48,248 nt of DNA, from assembly GCA_040219255.1 (NCBI GenBank), contig JAVJSW010000075.1, positions 1 through 48,248 of the forward strand, read 5' to 3'. Below, piece by piece: positions 11,591 to 22,531 of the stretch. The position numbers and the translations under genes are program-made. The notes beneath the pieces are model-generated. The model had not been told where the DNA came from, ran no database searches, and was given only the letters and a program-made list of their open reading frames with translations. Position 1 is the stretch's first letter; every line of letters begins with the position of its first letter. This DNA comes from Sumerlaeia bacterium (GTDB taxonomy: Bacteria > Sumerlaeota > Sumerlaeia > SLMS01 > JAHLLQ01).

Positions 11591-12802
11591 TCAGAACGGC
11601 GTGATCGGCAAGACGCTGACCGTCTCGCCCGCCGCGATGGCATCGGGGCCCGGTTCGGCGACGATCAGGGCGTTGGCGCTGGCAGGGTTCGCCAAGTTTC
11701 CCGAACTCTGATGCGCAAGGGCCTCGACAATCTCCCGCCCGTCGCGCACGGCGCTTCGGGCGAAGACGAAGAACAGCCGAGCTTTGTCGCGCGGGCACTC
11801 GCTCACCAACGTCATCGCGCGCCGCGGCGTCTCGATGGGCTGGATCGCTAGGGCCTGTCGAAGGAACGGCTTGAGAAAAATCTCCGTGTTGGCGCACACG
11901 CTGACCGGGTTGCCGGGCAGTCCGAAGAACGGTTTGCCTCCAACCTCCGCGACGAGCATTGGCTTCCCTGGCCGAACGTTCGCTTTCCAGAAACGCACGC
12001 GCCCCCCCAGGTCGCGGATACACCCGCCGACGACGTCGTGCTCGCCCATGGAGACACCCGCCGTGGTCACCACCGCGTCGCCCCACCCCAGGGCGTCCTC
12101 GAACATCGCCCGCCACGCAGCCGGTTCATCCGGCGCGATGCCGAAAAATCGCACGTCGCACCCGAAAGCCCTCAACTCGTGCTCGAGATAGTAGACGTTC
12201 ACGCCGACGATATCCGTCTCGCGCAGAGCCTCGCCAAAGGCTTTGATTTCGTCTCCGCTGGTAAAAACAGCGACACGAGGCCGCCGGAAAACTTCAATCT
12301 CCGGCACGTTGTACATCGCCAGGAACGCGAGCGCCGCGGGCGAGAGACGCTTGCCGGGGCCGAAAAGCCACGCGCCATCAGCCACATCCTCGCCCTGGCG
12401 CCGAATAAACCGGCCAGCGGTAGGTTGCTGGGCGATGGTCACTCGTGCGCCGTCCGCCGATGGCGTGGTCCATTCCACGGGCACGATCGCGTCCGCCCCA
12501 GCAGGCAACTTCGCTCCCGTACTGATGCCCATCGCGGTGCCTGGGGCGAGGGCATCCGCCGAGGGCCGCCCCGCGGCGCTTTCCCCCACGACCGGCAGCG
12601 TGATCGGCAACGCCCCCTGGAAATCGCTGGCGCGAACGCAATAACCGTCCATGGCGGACTGATCGAAGCGCGGCAACGCAAAGGCCGCCTGGAACGGAGC
12701 GGCCATAATCCTCTCGCAGGCGTCCAATAATGGGACTCGCTCCGTCTCGATTCGAAACGGCAACGACAGGATTGTCTCAAGGGCGTCAGAGTAGGAAAGC
12801 AA
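11591..12802 (-). CDS. moeA: Molybdopterin molybdotransferase MoeA (gephyrin-like)
   Basis: Motifs P.FD.SAMDGY, ISTGAKLPAGADAIVPVE, IRRQGED, SGDE, GVSMG, RPGKP, GLPGNPVS; GAGG RBS before TTG. Confidence 0.95.
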   Translation of the reverse strand: MLSYSDALETILSLPFRIETERVPLLDACERIMAAPFQAAFALPRFDQSAMDGYCVRASDFQGALPITLPVVGESAAGRPSADALAPGTAMGISTGAKLPAGADAIVPVEWTTPSADGARVTIAQQPTAGRFIRRQGEDVADGAWLFGPGKRLSPAALAFLAMYNVPEIEVFRRPRVAVFTSGDEIKAFGEALRETDIVGVNVYYLEHELRAFGCDVRFFGIAPDEPAAWRAMFEDALGWGDAVVTTAGVSMGEHDVVGGCIRDLGGRVRFWKANVRPGKPMLVAEVGGKPFFGLPGNPVSVCANTEIFLKPFLRQALAIQPIETPRRAMTLVSECPRDKARLFFVFARSAVRDGREIVEALAHQSSGNLANPASANALIVAEPGPDAIAAGETVSVLPITPF

Positions 12803-12894
12803 GAAGCGATGTCACCTCGGGGAACCAGAATGCTGGTAAGTTATTACACGCCGGGCCGAAGGACGGGAAACGAAAAACCCGTATTTTTTTGGGG

Positions 12895-12922
12895 TTGCCA
12901 TGCAACGGAAGAAACGTACAGT
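12895..12922 (+). promoter_or_regulatory. Candidate sigma-70 promoter divergent from moeA
   Basis: TTGCCA-16 nt-TACAGT preceded by an A/T tract (UP-like); points into the structured intergenic element. Confidence 0.4.
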
Positions 12923-12924
12923 AA

Positions 12925-13340
12925 ATGATCGAAAAGATAACGAACGTTGATTCGCAAGTTCCTCAAGCGGCTCGCCTTGCGAGGCGCCAACGCAATACGT
13001 TGAGAATCGTGCAATCGCAAGCGGCGGACTGAAAACATGCCAAGACATTGCCCACCCGCACGCAATAGACGACACTGATGCATCTCTGATTTTCATCGCT
13101 TTAGAGCACAAAGGAGGGGGACGGGAAGGGATTTGGAGCGACTTTTCCCTTGGAAGCGATAAAATGCTTGCGGCGTTACATTCGCAGTCTGTAACTAGTC
13201 AACGCCGTTTCCAATTGTCCGGCACGCCCGCTCCCGAAACTGCTCTCGCTCCAAACCGTTCCCGCTCCCCCCTTCTTTGTGACTGTAGCCCGGCTTGATC
13301 AGGATTACCCCACCCTGATTCACGCCGGGCGATTTCTTTT
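12925..13340 (+). ncRNA. Candidate large structured non-coding RNA of unrecognised family
   Basis: A ~35-bp imperfect helix pairs 13107-13141 with 13246-13281 and encloses inner stems. Several 5' hairpins, and a terminal hairpin 13288-13330 followed by TTTCTTTT. No credible ORF. Confidence 0.5.
13288..13340 (+). terminator. Terminator-like hairpin ending the candidate ncRNA
   Basis: Stems GCCCGGC/GCCGGGC and ATCAGG/CCTGAT followed by GATTTCTTTT. Confidence 0.5.
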
Positions 13341-13368
13341 ACTCTCGCAGCATCATCTGTACCAATTC

Positions 13369-13417
13369 AAAAGGCCCACCCGGCGCTCATGGCTGCGGGT
13401 GGGCCTTTCGATTTTTT
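13369..13417. terminator. Bidirectional rho-independent terminator downstream of groEL
   Basis: Perfect 13-bp stem AAAGGCCCACCCG/CGGGTGGGCCTTT with T-rich tails on both strands. Confidence 0.8.
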
Positions 13418-13479
13418 GGGGCGGCCTCGGCCGGATTGGCTTCGCCGCCCCCCTCAACTCATTGGCCGCGCGGCTGGAA

Positions 13480-15156
<1,677 letters not shown>

Positions 15157-15216
15157 TTACGTACGAAACTTGCGTTGAAAGAGAGGAGATGGGGGGAACA
15201 GCGGGGGACGCGGCGA

Positions 15217-15522
15217 TTAGCCGACCACGGCGAGGATTTCGTTCTCGCGCATGATCAGGTACTCGCTGCCTTCGAGCTTCACTTCGTTGCCGGCGTACTT
15301 GCCGAACAGAACCTCGTCGCCGACCTTCACGTCGAGCTTGTTGCGGTCGCCCCGGTCGTTGAAGGTGCCTTCGCCAACGGCGACGACGCGGCCGCGCTGC
15401 GGCTTCTCCTTCGCCGTGTCGGGAATGATGATCCCGCCAGAGGACTTGCTCTCCTCGGCGTCGAGGCGCTCGATGACCACGCGGTCATGCAGAGGCTTGA
15501 GCTTAATGGCTGTCGTGGACAT
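15217..15522 (-). CDS. groS: Co-chaperonin GroES (Cpn10)
   Basis: [36 protein letters not shown]; start moved to ATG 15522, which follows an AAGGAG RBS. Confidence 0.99.
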   Translation of the reverse strand: MSTTAIKLKPLHDRVVIERLDAEESKSSGGIIIPDTAKEKPQRGRVVAVGEGTFNDRGDRNKLDVKVGDEVLFGKYAGNEVKLEGSEYLIMRENEILAVVG

Positions 15523-15618
15523 AGCTGTGTGTCTCCTTGGTTTTCTTGCGTAACGTTCAGATGCGGCCCACGGCCCAAATGGGGAGGGACGCCTTTCGTT
15601 TTGTCGAAGCAGCAAGAA

Positions 15619-15635
15619 GGCAAAGCTGGTGCCAG
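15619..15635 (-). promoter_or_regulatory. Sigma-54 (-24/-12) promoter upstream of groES
   Basis: CTGGCAC-CAGCT-TTGCC matches TGGCAC-N5-TTGC with exact spacing. An AT-rich TGTAA…TTACA segment lies at 15660-15678 and a palindromic TGTCGC-CTT-GATACA at 15711-15725 (possible activator site). Confidence 0.65.
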
Positions 15636-16112
15636 CGCCCGAACCGATGCTTACGCCACTGTAAAAACTCGACTTACACCAATCTCCAATGGCCGCCTCC
15701 AGGCGTGGCGTGTCGCCTTGATACAAACCGGGACCCGCCCGGTTGGGATTGTGTCATGGCGAACGCGGTGGCGTCGCGCAGCGATGCAGAGGCTGATTCC
15801 CCCGGAGGCGCAAAGCGTCGTGAATACCGATCATCAGGAAAGATCGTGGGCGGAACGACTCAGCCGGCCCGCTCTCTTGTGAATCCAACTCGAAAAACAC
15901 CTCAGCTTTCTCCGGCCATCCATCAAAAGTTCTAACGGCTGCCACCCATTAGTTCAGGCTTCCACGCGCTCCCGACCCTCGAGTTTTAATAGCTTCCATG
16001 CAAAACCCTTCGTTCTCTTTGCCTGAGTAACGTAGAATCGAGGGCCCGCCGCTTTTCTTGGGTTCGTCCTTGCGGTGGGACGCTTTTTGCGCCACCGTAT
16101 TCCGACGATACT

Positions 16113-19100
16113 GTGGACGTGGCCAGGGACGCCTCCATGACCCCCTTGCACTCCGTCACTCCCCCGGCTTCGGGATGCCATCGAACTTTGTCTTCACAAG
16201 ACTTGGCCCCAACCAATCACGGGAATGAACTCGCCCTGCGAATTAACGCCGAACTCGACCCCTGCGCCGTGATCGAGCGCATCGGCTATCGCGTGGACCG
16301 CATGCGTGTCCTGGGCACCATGATCCGCACCCCCTGCCCCATCCACCACGACGATACCCCCGGCACTCTCATCATCACGCCGGGCCGCAACATCTTCAAG
16401 TGTATGGCCAAGACCTGCCCGGCCCATCGCGGCGGCAACCTGGTTGACCTCTGGGGCCTTCACGTCGCCAAGAGCGGCGTGGACGCCGCCATGGACCTGG
16501 CCCGCAACCTCAAGCTCCCCTTCGCCAGCGCGGATATCAACACCCTGCCCCGCGAGGTCGAGCAGGCCCTGGCCCAGCGCAGCGTCACCGCCGCCGAGGA
16601 ACTCGTGGATCACGCCCGCGTCCTGCTCCCCCAGGCCTGGCAGGTCGCCTTCTCCGAAGGCCGGGTCGCCGAAGCTCGCCAGAAACCCCTCGAAGCGGCC
16701 GCCTCCTACCGCGAAGCGGCGCGCCGGGCCGCCGAACTGCCCGACCGGCCCCAGGCCGAAAAGCTCTTGCGAGAGGAAGTTCTTCGGCTTCTGCCTGAAG
16801 ACGAGGACGCGATGCTCGCCCTGGCGGACTTGCTGGCCCTTCGCGATGACCGCCAGGGCGAAACGGAAGTCCTCGACCGCCTCGTCGCCCGCAAGGCCGA
16901 GCAGGAGGAGTTCGGCACCGATCTGCTGATGCTGCTCGACCGCCTGACCGAATCCCGCCATGGCGAGGAAACGCTGCTGATGTACCGGGCCCGGGCGTTG
17001 GCGGCGTCGGGACAGACATCAAAGGCGGGCGAGTGCTTCCTCCAACTGGCGGAAATGCGCCGCGCCCACGGCGCCTATCGCGACGCCCTGGACGCCGTCG
17101 AGCAGGCCCGCGCGGTCCGCGATCAGTTTCTCGACGCCTGGCGCGCCGCCGCCGACCTCCATGAACTCATGGGGCTCGACGAGGACGCCGTGTCCGATTG
17201 GGAAATGATTGCGGAAATGGCCCGCAACCGCCAGGATCGGGAAACCCGCGAAGAAGCCCTCAAAGAATTGATTCGCCGCCAGCCCGCCCGCTGGAGCCAC
17301 CATCTGGAACTGGGCGAGTTCCACGCCGAAGGCGCCAATCCTTCGCGCGCCCGCGAGGTCCTCTGCGACGCCTGGCGTTCGGCCATCGGCAAGAAAGCCC
17401 GCGACGACGCCCGCCGTCTTCTCGCCGCCCTCTGCCGCGTCGAGGGTGGACCCGCCGCCGCTCATGGCCTCATGGAAGAAGGCGATCACTCCCGCGCGGC
17501 CTTCAACGCCCTCCTCGACGTCGCCGAGGAAGCCTTCGCCGAAGGCCATGGCGCCACCGGCCTGGCGGTCTGCGAGGAAGCCTCCAAGACCCTCGATGCG
17601 CAAGCCTCGGCCCACGAACGCATCGGCACCCTGCTCCTGGAAAACGACCATGGCGCCATCGGGAAACCCCAGATGCTGCGGGCGGCGGTGCTCTATCTCG
17701 AGCACTCCCAACCGGGCGACGCCCGCCGCTGCGCCCAGGCCGTCATCGATAAGGAACCAGCCCATCGCGAAGCCCTCCGCCTGAAAATCCGCGCCCTCCT
17801 GGGTCTGGGCGAAACCGCCGACGCCATCAGTGTCCTCGAGGACCTGACCGCCACTTACCCCGCCTGGGACAAGAGCACGGCCTCCGAACGCGAAGAGCTG
17901 GAGGGCATCTGGCGCGAACTGCTCGAACTGGTGCCCGATCACCTGGAAGCGATGCGCGGCCTCGCGCGCGCCGCGGCCAAAGACCCCCAGCGAATCTCCG
18001 AAGCTCTGAGCCGATGGCGCATCGTCGCCGGCAAGCTCAGCCACCGCGAGCGGCGCGAGGAAAAAGTGCAAGCTCTCGAAGCCATCCTCCAACTCGCCCC
18101 GGACTCCAAAGACACCCTCCAGGACATGGCCCGCCTGCTGATGGAACTCGACCGCCCCATCGAGGCCGCGGCCCATTACAGCGCCCTCGGCGCTATCGCC
18201 CTGCGCGACGAGCGCCTGCGCGCCGCCCTTACCTATTACGAGGAAGCGTCGCGCCTGAACCCCGCCAACATCAAGGCGGTCCGGGCCGCCATGGGTGCCG
18301 CCACTGTCATCGGCGACCCGGATTGCATCTCGCGCCTCGCACGCCGTCTCGCCACCCTTCACCTCGAACGCGGCGAAGGCGATCGCGCGGAGATTGTCTT
18401 ACGCAACGCCATCGAAGCCTGCGAGGACGACCTCAGCCTCCCCCTGCGCCTCTCCGAACTGCTCGCCAAACGGGGAGAACGCCCCGAAGCGGAGGCTCTC
18501 CGCTGGCGCCTCGCACGCAAAAAACTCGCCCTCGACCGCCCCAACGAAGCCGCCGACGACGCCCTGGCCGCTCTCGAACTGAGCGTCATGGACGGCCGCA
18601 TCGATGACGGCCGCGCCGAATTCCGCCGCCTCCTCAGCGATTTCCCCGACCCCCTCGCCCTCCGCCGCCAGGCCGCCGCCCTCTTCAGCGAACAGAACCT
18701 CCCCGAACTCGCCCATCGCGAACTGATGTCCGCCACCAAAGGCTCCCTCGAATCCAACCGCCTCGACGAAGCCCTCGAATGCGCCCGCGAACTGATCGAC
18801 GCTGCCCCCGGCCTCCCCGAATCCCACGGCCTCTGCGCCGAAGTCCTGCAAGCCCGCGGCGAACTGGAAGACGCCTCCGCCGAATGGATGAAGAAGGCCG
18901 ACCTCATTGAGGAAATCGATTCCCTCGAGGCCGCCCGCGCCCTCGAAAACGCCATCAAGTGTCAGCCCGACGACATCTTCCTCCACGAGCGCCTCATCGC
19001 CATCCACGAAGCCGCCGGCCGCACCTCCGACATGGTCGCCGGCCTGCGCGGCCTCGCCGAAATGCAGCGCAACCGCGGCGAATTCTCCGCCGCCGCCCTC

Positions 19101-20756
19101 ACCCTCAACCGCATCCTCTCCCTCTCTCCCGACGATACCGGCACCCGCGCCGACTACATCGCCCTGCGCCTTCAAGCCCACGAGGAAGATGTCTTGCAGG
19201 AAGACTACCTCTTCATGGCCCGCCTGCGATCCAACCAGGGCCGCCACGATGAAGCCATGAAGTTCCTGCGCAAGACCCTCGCCCTGGACCACGCCAACGA
19301 AGAAGCCCGCCGTCAGTTGGTCGGTTGCCTGACCCAACTCAACCGCCTCGAGGAAGCCCGCCGCTTCGCCTACGGCTGCGCCCGCGAAGACCTCCGCGAA
19401 GAACGCCCCAGCAGCGCCCTCAACATCCTCACCTCGGTCGCCGCCCACGCCGCCGAGGAAGCCGACTACCACCGGCTCCGCGCCCGCGCCCATGAACGCC
19501 TCAATGAAATGCACGAAGCCGCATGGCATCTGCGTGAGGGCGCCGCCCTCTGCGCCCGGTCCGGCGACGCCAAGGGCCAGGCCGACCTCCTCCTCTACGC
19601 CCTGCGCCTCGATCCCTCTCAGACCATGCTGCACCGCGAAGCCATCGACCTCCTGAGCACCCTCGAACGCTCCGACGACGCCATCCAGCAGCAAATCCAG
19701 CTCGCCTTCGCCTTTGCCGACAAAGGCCAAGTCGAACGCGCCGAGCAGGAACTTCGGGCCATGGTGGAGAAAACCCCACAGAACTTCGCCGCCTGGGAAG
19801 CCCTCTTCGACATCCACATGCGCCGCGGCACAGAGAAAGACTTGATCGCCGACTACCGCACTGTGGCCCGGCTGCGGGATCGCTCGGGCAACAAGGACAA
19901 AGCCCGCCACTACTACGGCCGCGTCCGCGACCTCGCGCCCTACGACATGGAATCCCGCCGCCGTTTCGTGGACCTGCACCTGGAAATGGGCGGCGAGGAA
20001 GTCGAACTCGTCGACGATTATCTCGCCCTCGCCGACGCCCTCATCGCCGCCGGACGCGTCGACGACGGCGTCGCTCTCTACGGCAAAGTCATGTCTCTGG
20101 ACCCGCAGAACAGCCGGGCTCGCTATGGCCTCACCGAAACCAGCAGCCCCCTCTCCCCGCCCCGGAAACTTATCGCCGACGACGAAGTGGACCCCGAAGC
20201 CGCCGAAACCGACGTCCGGCCTGCCCATCGCCCCACCGCCCTCTTCGACAGCACCCAATCGGTCCCCCGTCTCTTGCCGCCTCCCGCGCCCACACCCGCA
20301 CGATCGTCCCCTCCCCAATCATCCCCTCCCCCGCCGCCCCCGGGCTTTGGCGCATCCGACTTCCTGGCCAATGAGGTGGAAAGCATGGAACGCGACGAAC
20401 AGTCCGATACCCTCAGAAGCGTCATCCGCAACTATCGCGACATCATCGCCATCAATCCCCAAAACGCCCAGGCCCGCGTCAAGCTCGCCGATCTCTTGGT
20501 CCAAACCGGCCAGCAGGACGACGCCAACGAGGAACTGACCTTCGCCGCCGACGCCTTCTTTCGCAAAGGCGACATGAACCAGTGCGTCGACATCTGCGAG
20601 CGCGTCCTCGACGCTTCGCCCGCCAACCAGAAGGTCCGCCTCCTCCTCAAACAAGCCCTCAACAAACGCGACGCCATGAAAGCTCTGGAATCCGCCATCC
20701 TTTTCTCCGATAAGCTCGAACACCGCGACGAAGGCGGCCCCCGTCCTCACCGCTGA
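16113..20756 (+). CDS. Large TPR-repeat protein with N-terminal DnaG-type CHC2 zinc finger
   Basis: N-terminal CPIH…FKCMAKTC…GGNLVDL…AAMDLARNLKL, followed by many TPR-like helical repeats and a Pro-rich linker before a final TPR block. True start uncertain (16113/16138/16203). Confidence 0.85.
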   Translation: MDVARDASMTPLHSVTPPASGCHRTLSSQDLAPTNHGNELALRINAELDPCAVIERIGYRVDRMRVLGTMIRTPCPIHHDDTPGTLIITPGRNIFKCMAKTCPAHRGGNLVDLWGLHVAKSGVDAAMDLARNLKLPFASADINTLPREVEQALAQRSVTAAEELVDHARVLLPQAWQVAFSEGRVAEARQKPLEAAASYREAARRAAELPDRPQAEKLLREEVLRLLPEDEDAMLALADLLALRDDRQGETEVLDRLVARKAEQEEFGTDLLMLLDRLTESRHGEETLLMYRARALAASGQTSKAGECFLQLAEMRRAHGAYRDALDAVEQARAVRDQFLDAWRAAADLHELMGLDEDAVSDWEMIAEMARNRQDRETREEALKELIRRQPARWSHHLELGEFHAEGANPSRAREVLCDAWRSAIGKKARDDARRLLAALCRVEGGPAAAHGLMEEGDHSRAAFNALLDVAEEAFAEGHGATGLAVCEEASKTLDAQASAHERIGTLLLENDHGAIGKPQMLRAAVLYLEHSQPGDARRCAQAVIDKEPAHREALRLKIRALLGLGETADAISVLEDLTATYPAWDKSTASEREELEGIWRELLELVPDHLEAMRGLARAAAKDPQRISEALSRWRIVAGKLSHRERREEKVQALEAILQLAPDSKDTLQDMARLLMELDRPIEAAAHYSALGAIALRDERLRAALTYYEEASRLNPANIKAVRAAMGAATVIGDPDCISRLARRLATLHLERGEGDRAEIVLRNAIEACEDDLSLPLRLSELLAKRGERPEAEALRWRLARKKLALDRPNEAADDALAALELSVMDGRIDDGRAEFRRLLSDFPDPLALRRQAAALFSEQNLPELAHRELMSATKGSLESNRLDEALECARELIDAAPGLPESHGLCAEVLQARGELEDASAEWMKKADLIEEIDSLEAARALENAIKCQPDDIFLHERLIAIHEAAGRTSDMVAGLRGLAEMQRNRGEFSAAALTLNRILSLSPDDTGTRADYIALRLQAHEEDVLQEDYLFMARLRSNQGRHDEAMKFLRKTLALDHANEEARRQLVGCLTQLNRLEEARRFAYGCAREDLREERPSSALNILTSVAAHAAEEADYHRLRARAHERLNEMHEAAWHLREGAALCARSGDAKGQADLLLYALRLDPSQTMLHREAIDLLSTLERSDDAIQQQIQLAFAFADKGQVERAEQELRAMVEKTPQNFAAWEALFDIHMRRGTEKDLIADYRTVARLRDRSGNKDKARHYYGRVRDLAPYDMESRRRFVDLHLEMGGEEVELVDDYLALADALIAAGRVDDGVALYGKVMSLDPQNSRARYGLTETSSPLSPPRKLIADDEVDPEAAETDVRPAHRPTALFDSTQSVPRLLPPPAPTPARSSPPQSSPPPPPPGFGASDFLANEVESMERDEQSDTLRSVIRNYRDIIAINPQNAQARVKLADLLVQTGQQDDANEELTFAADAFFRKGDMNQCVDICERVLDASPANQKVRLLLKQALNKRDAMKALESAILFSDKLEHRDEGGPRPHR

Positions 20757-20788
20757 GGACCCTCTCTTCCCCCTCGTGAGGTGCCCCC

Positions 20789-22462
20789 ATGTTGGAAGCC
20801 AACACGCGCGTGTTGCTCGACCGCTCCGTTCTGCGGGTCGATGGGCATCCGTTCTTCACCCTCGCCGCCCGACTGTACCTCACACCCCTCGACGCCATCG
20901 CCTCCGCCGTCGCGGACCTCGCGCAAGCCGGCTTTACCGCCGTCATGTCGCCCCCCGCCAGCCCCGGAAACCTTCCCGTCCTCGAAACACTCTTCGACGA
21001 GGCGGAGAGCCGCGGCCTCATGGTGATCCTCGCCGGCGAAGCCCGCCTGCCCGATGCCGGGCACTTCCTCGCCGAGAACTTTCGTCATCGCCCCGGCCTT
21101 CACTCCTATTGTCTCCCCGTCACGGAAATGCCCCCCGCCGGCTCCGCCGACGAAGCCTTCGCCCGATTCCAACACGAGCGCGACCGCATCCGACGCCTCG
21201 ACCTGCACCATCCCGTCTGGACTCCCTTCCGCACCGATATGGCGGCCGAGCGATGGATGGGCACCAACGACTTCCTCAGCATCCCCCACCCCGTTGGCGG
21301 CCCTATCCTCCCCGAACTCAAACCCCTCGAACTGCTCGCCCGCCTCAGAGAGACCGCCGCCTCCTCCCACGCCCCCCGGCCCCTTTTCTGCCATGCTCTC
21401 GAATGCGGCGCCTCCAACGCCGCCCGCCTCGCCGGCATCTTCAACGACGACATGGGCGTCTCCCTCGCCCCCGCCCGCGCCGAAAGCTGGTTCCCCTACA
21501 TGGCCCGCCTCGGTTCCATGGCTCGCCGCGACTTCTTCCTCCCCGATCCCGATCTCCTCCTCCTCAAAGCCACCGACCTGCTCGGCGCCGGAGCCCGCGG
21601 CATCGTCCTCCACTTCTACGAATACCTCCTCGGCCAGCCACCCATCACCGGCCGCGACCGCTTCTGCGCCATGGCGGTCCTGGCCCAGAAAATCGCCGCA
21701 CTGGATCGCTTTTTCTCCGAAGGCCGTCCCCCCGCCCCGGAACTCCAATTCGCCGTCGACCCCGGCCATCCCCGCGTCACCGCACAGGCCCTCCAACACG
21801 GCCAGGACATCCTCATCATCCTTCGCCGCACCGGTCCCGGCGAAGACTACTGGATCGACTCCAGCCCCCTCCCACCGCTCCATCTCCGCGTCGAGATCGC
21901 CCTGCCCCACGAAGACCTCCGGGCCTGGCGCGCCGATTTTCCCTCGGGCCGCGAATTGCAGGTCAGCAAGGCCCTCCGCGGCGCCATTGAAATCCTCCTG
22001 CCCGAGTTCCCCCTCACCGCCATGGTACTCCTCTCCTCCTCCCGCGAGCGCCCCCGCGAAACCATCCGGGCCCTCGGCGAACGCCTCCCCGCCGCCGCCC
22101 GCTACGCCGTCGAAGGAAGCCGCGTCCGCCTCGAAAAAGCTCAAGTCATTGAAAGAGAACTCGAAGAATACTTGGGCATGCTCAACACCCCGTCGGGCTT
22201 GCTCGAGCAAGCCTGGCAGGCCCAGCGCCAGGCCGAAAGCGCCCTCGAAGCCGATCGCCCCGCCGTCGCTTTCGCCTGCGCGGAAGAAGCCGCCACCGCC
22301 CTGCGACGCCTGATCGACGCCCAGATGACCACCGCACTCGGCGTCTCCGGGTCCTGGGGCGACACCTTACTCGATCTGCTCAAACGCAGCTATTGCACCC
22401 TTCCGCGCTTCTACCGCGAACTTCGCAAAGGCGCCATGGAAGCCTCGGAAGAGTACACCTAA
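20789..22462 (+). CDS. Hypothetical protein with degenerate glycoside-hydrolase-like (TIM barrel) N-terminal domain
   Basis: LRVDGHPFF…LAQAGFTAV, RIRRLDLHHPVW and GARGIVLHFY resemble clan GH-A-like barrels; GAGG RBS; 32 bp after the TPR gene. Confidence 0.6.
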   Translation: MLEANTRVLLDRSVLRVDGHPFFTLAARLYLTPLDAIASAVADLAQAGFTAVMSPPASPGNLPVLETLFDEAESRGLMVILAGEARLPDAGHFLAENFRHRPGLHSYCLPVTEMPPAGSADEAFARFQHERDRIRRLDLHHPVWTPFRTDMAAERWMGTNDFLSIPHPVGGPILPELKPLELLARLRETAASSHAPRPLFCHALECGASNAARLAGIFNDDMGVSLAPARAESWFPYMARLGSMARRDFFLPDPDLLLLKATDLLGAGARGIVLHFYEYLLGQPPITGRDRFCAMAVLAQKIAALDRFFSEGRPPAPELQFAVDPGHPRVTAQALQHGQDILIILRRTGPGEDYWIDSSPLPPLHLRVEIALPHEDLRAWRADFPSGRELQVSKALRGAIEILLPEFPLTAMVLLSSSRERPRETIRALGERLPAAARYAVEGSRVRLEKAQVIERELEEYLGMLNTPSGLLEQAWQAQRQAESALEADRPAVAFACAEEAATALRRLIDAQMTTALGVSGSWGDTLLDLLKRSYCTLPRFYRELRKGAMEASEEYT

Positions 22463-22531
22463 ATCCCGATTTTCGCGACGCCGCGCCCGCCCGTTCCCCA
22501 CTCCGGCGGAACAGGCGGTCACGCCAACGCC

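Noticed and set aside
12803-12930. Moco riboswitch upstream of moeA
   Set aside because: I could not see the characteristic motif, and the structured element is oriented away from moeA.
12812-13111. Small ORFs 12812..13111 and 12844..13083, and a 9-codon peptide after the AAAGGAGG at 13110
   Set aside because: No RBS at a suitable spacing, atypical codon usage, and no hydrophobic toxin-like peptide to support a type I toxin-antitoxin reading.
12925-13340. Identification of the structured element as RNase P RNA, tmRNA or SRP RNA
   Set aside because: Lacks GAGGAAAGTCC, tRNA-like ends with CCA, and the SRP GGAA/AGCAG core on either strand, as far as I can see.
16194-22210. Long minus-strand ORFs opposite the TPR and GH-like genes
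   Set aside because: Shadows caused by strong C-ending codon bias.
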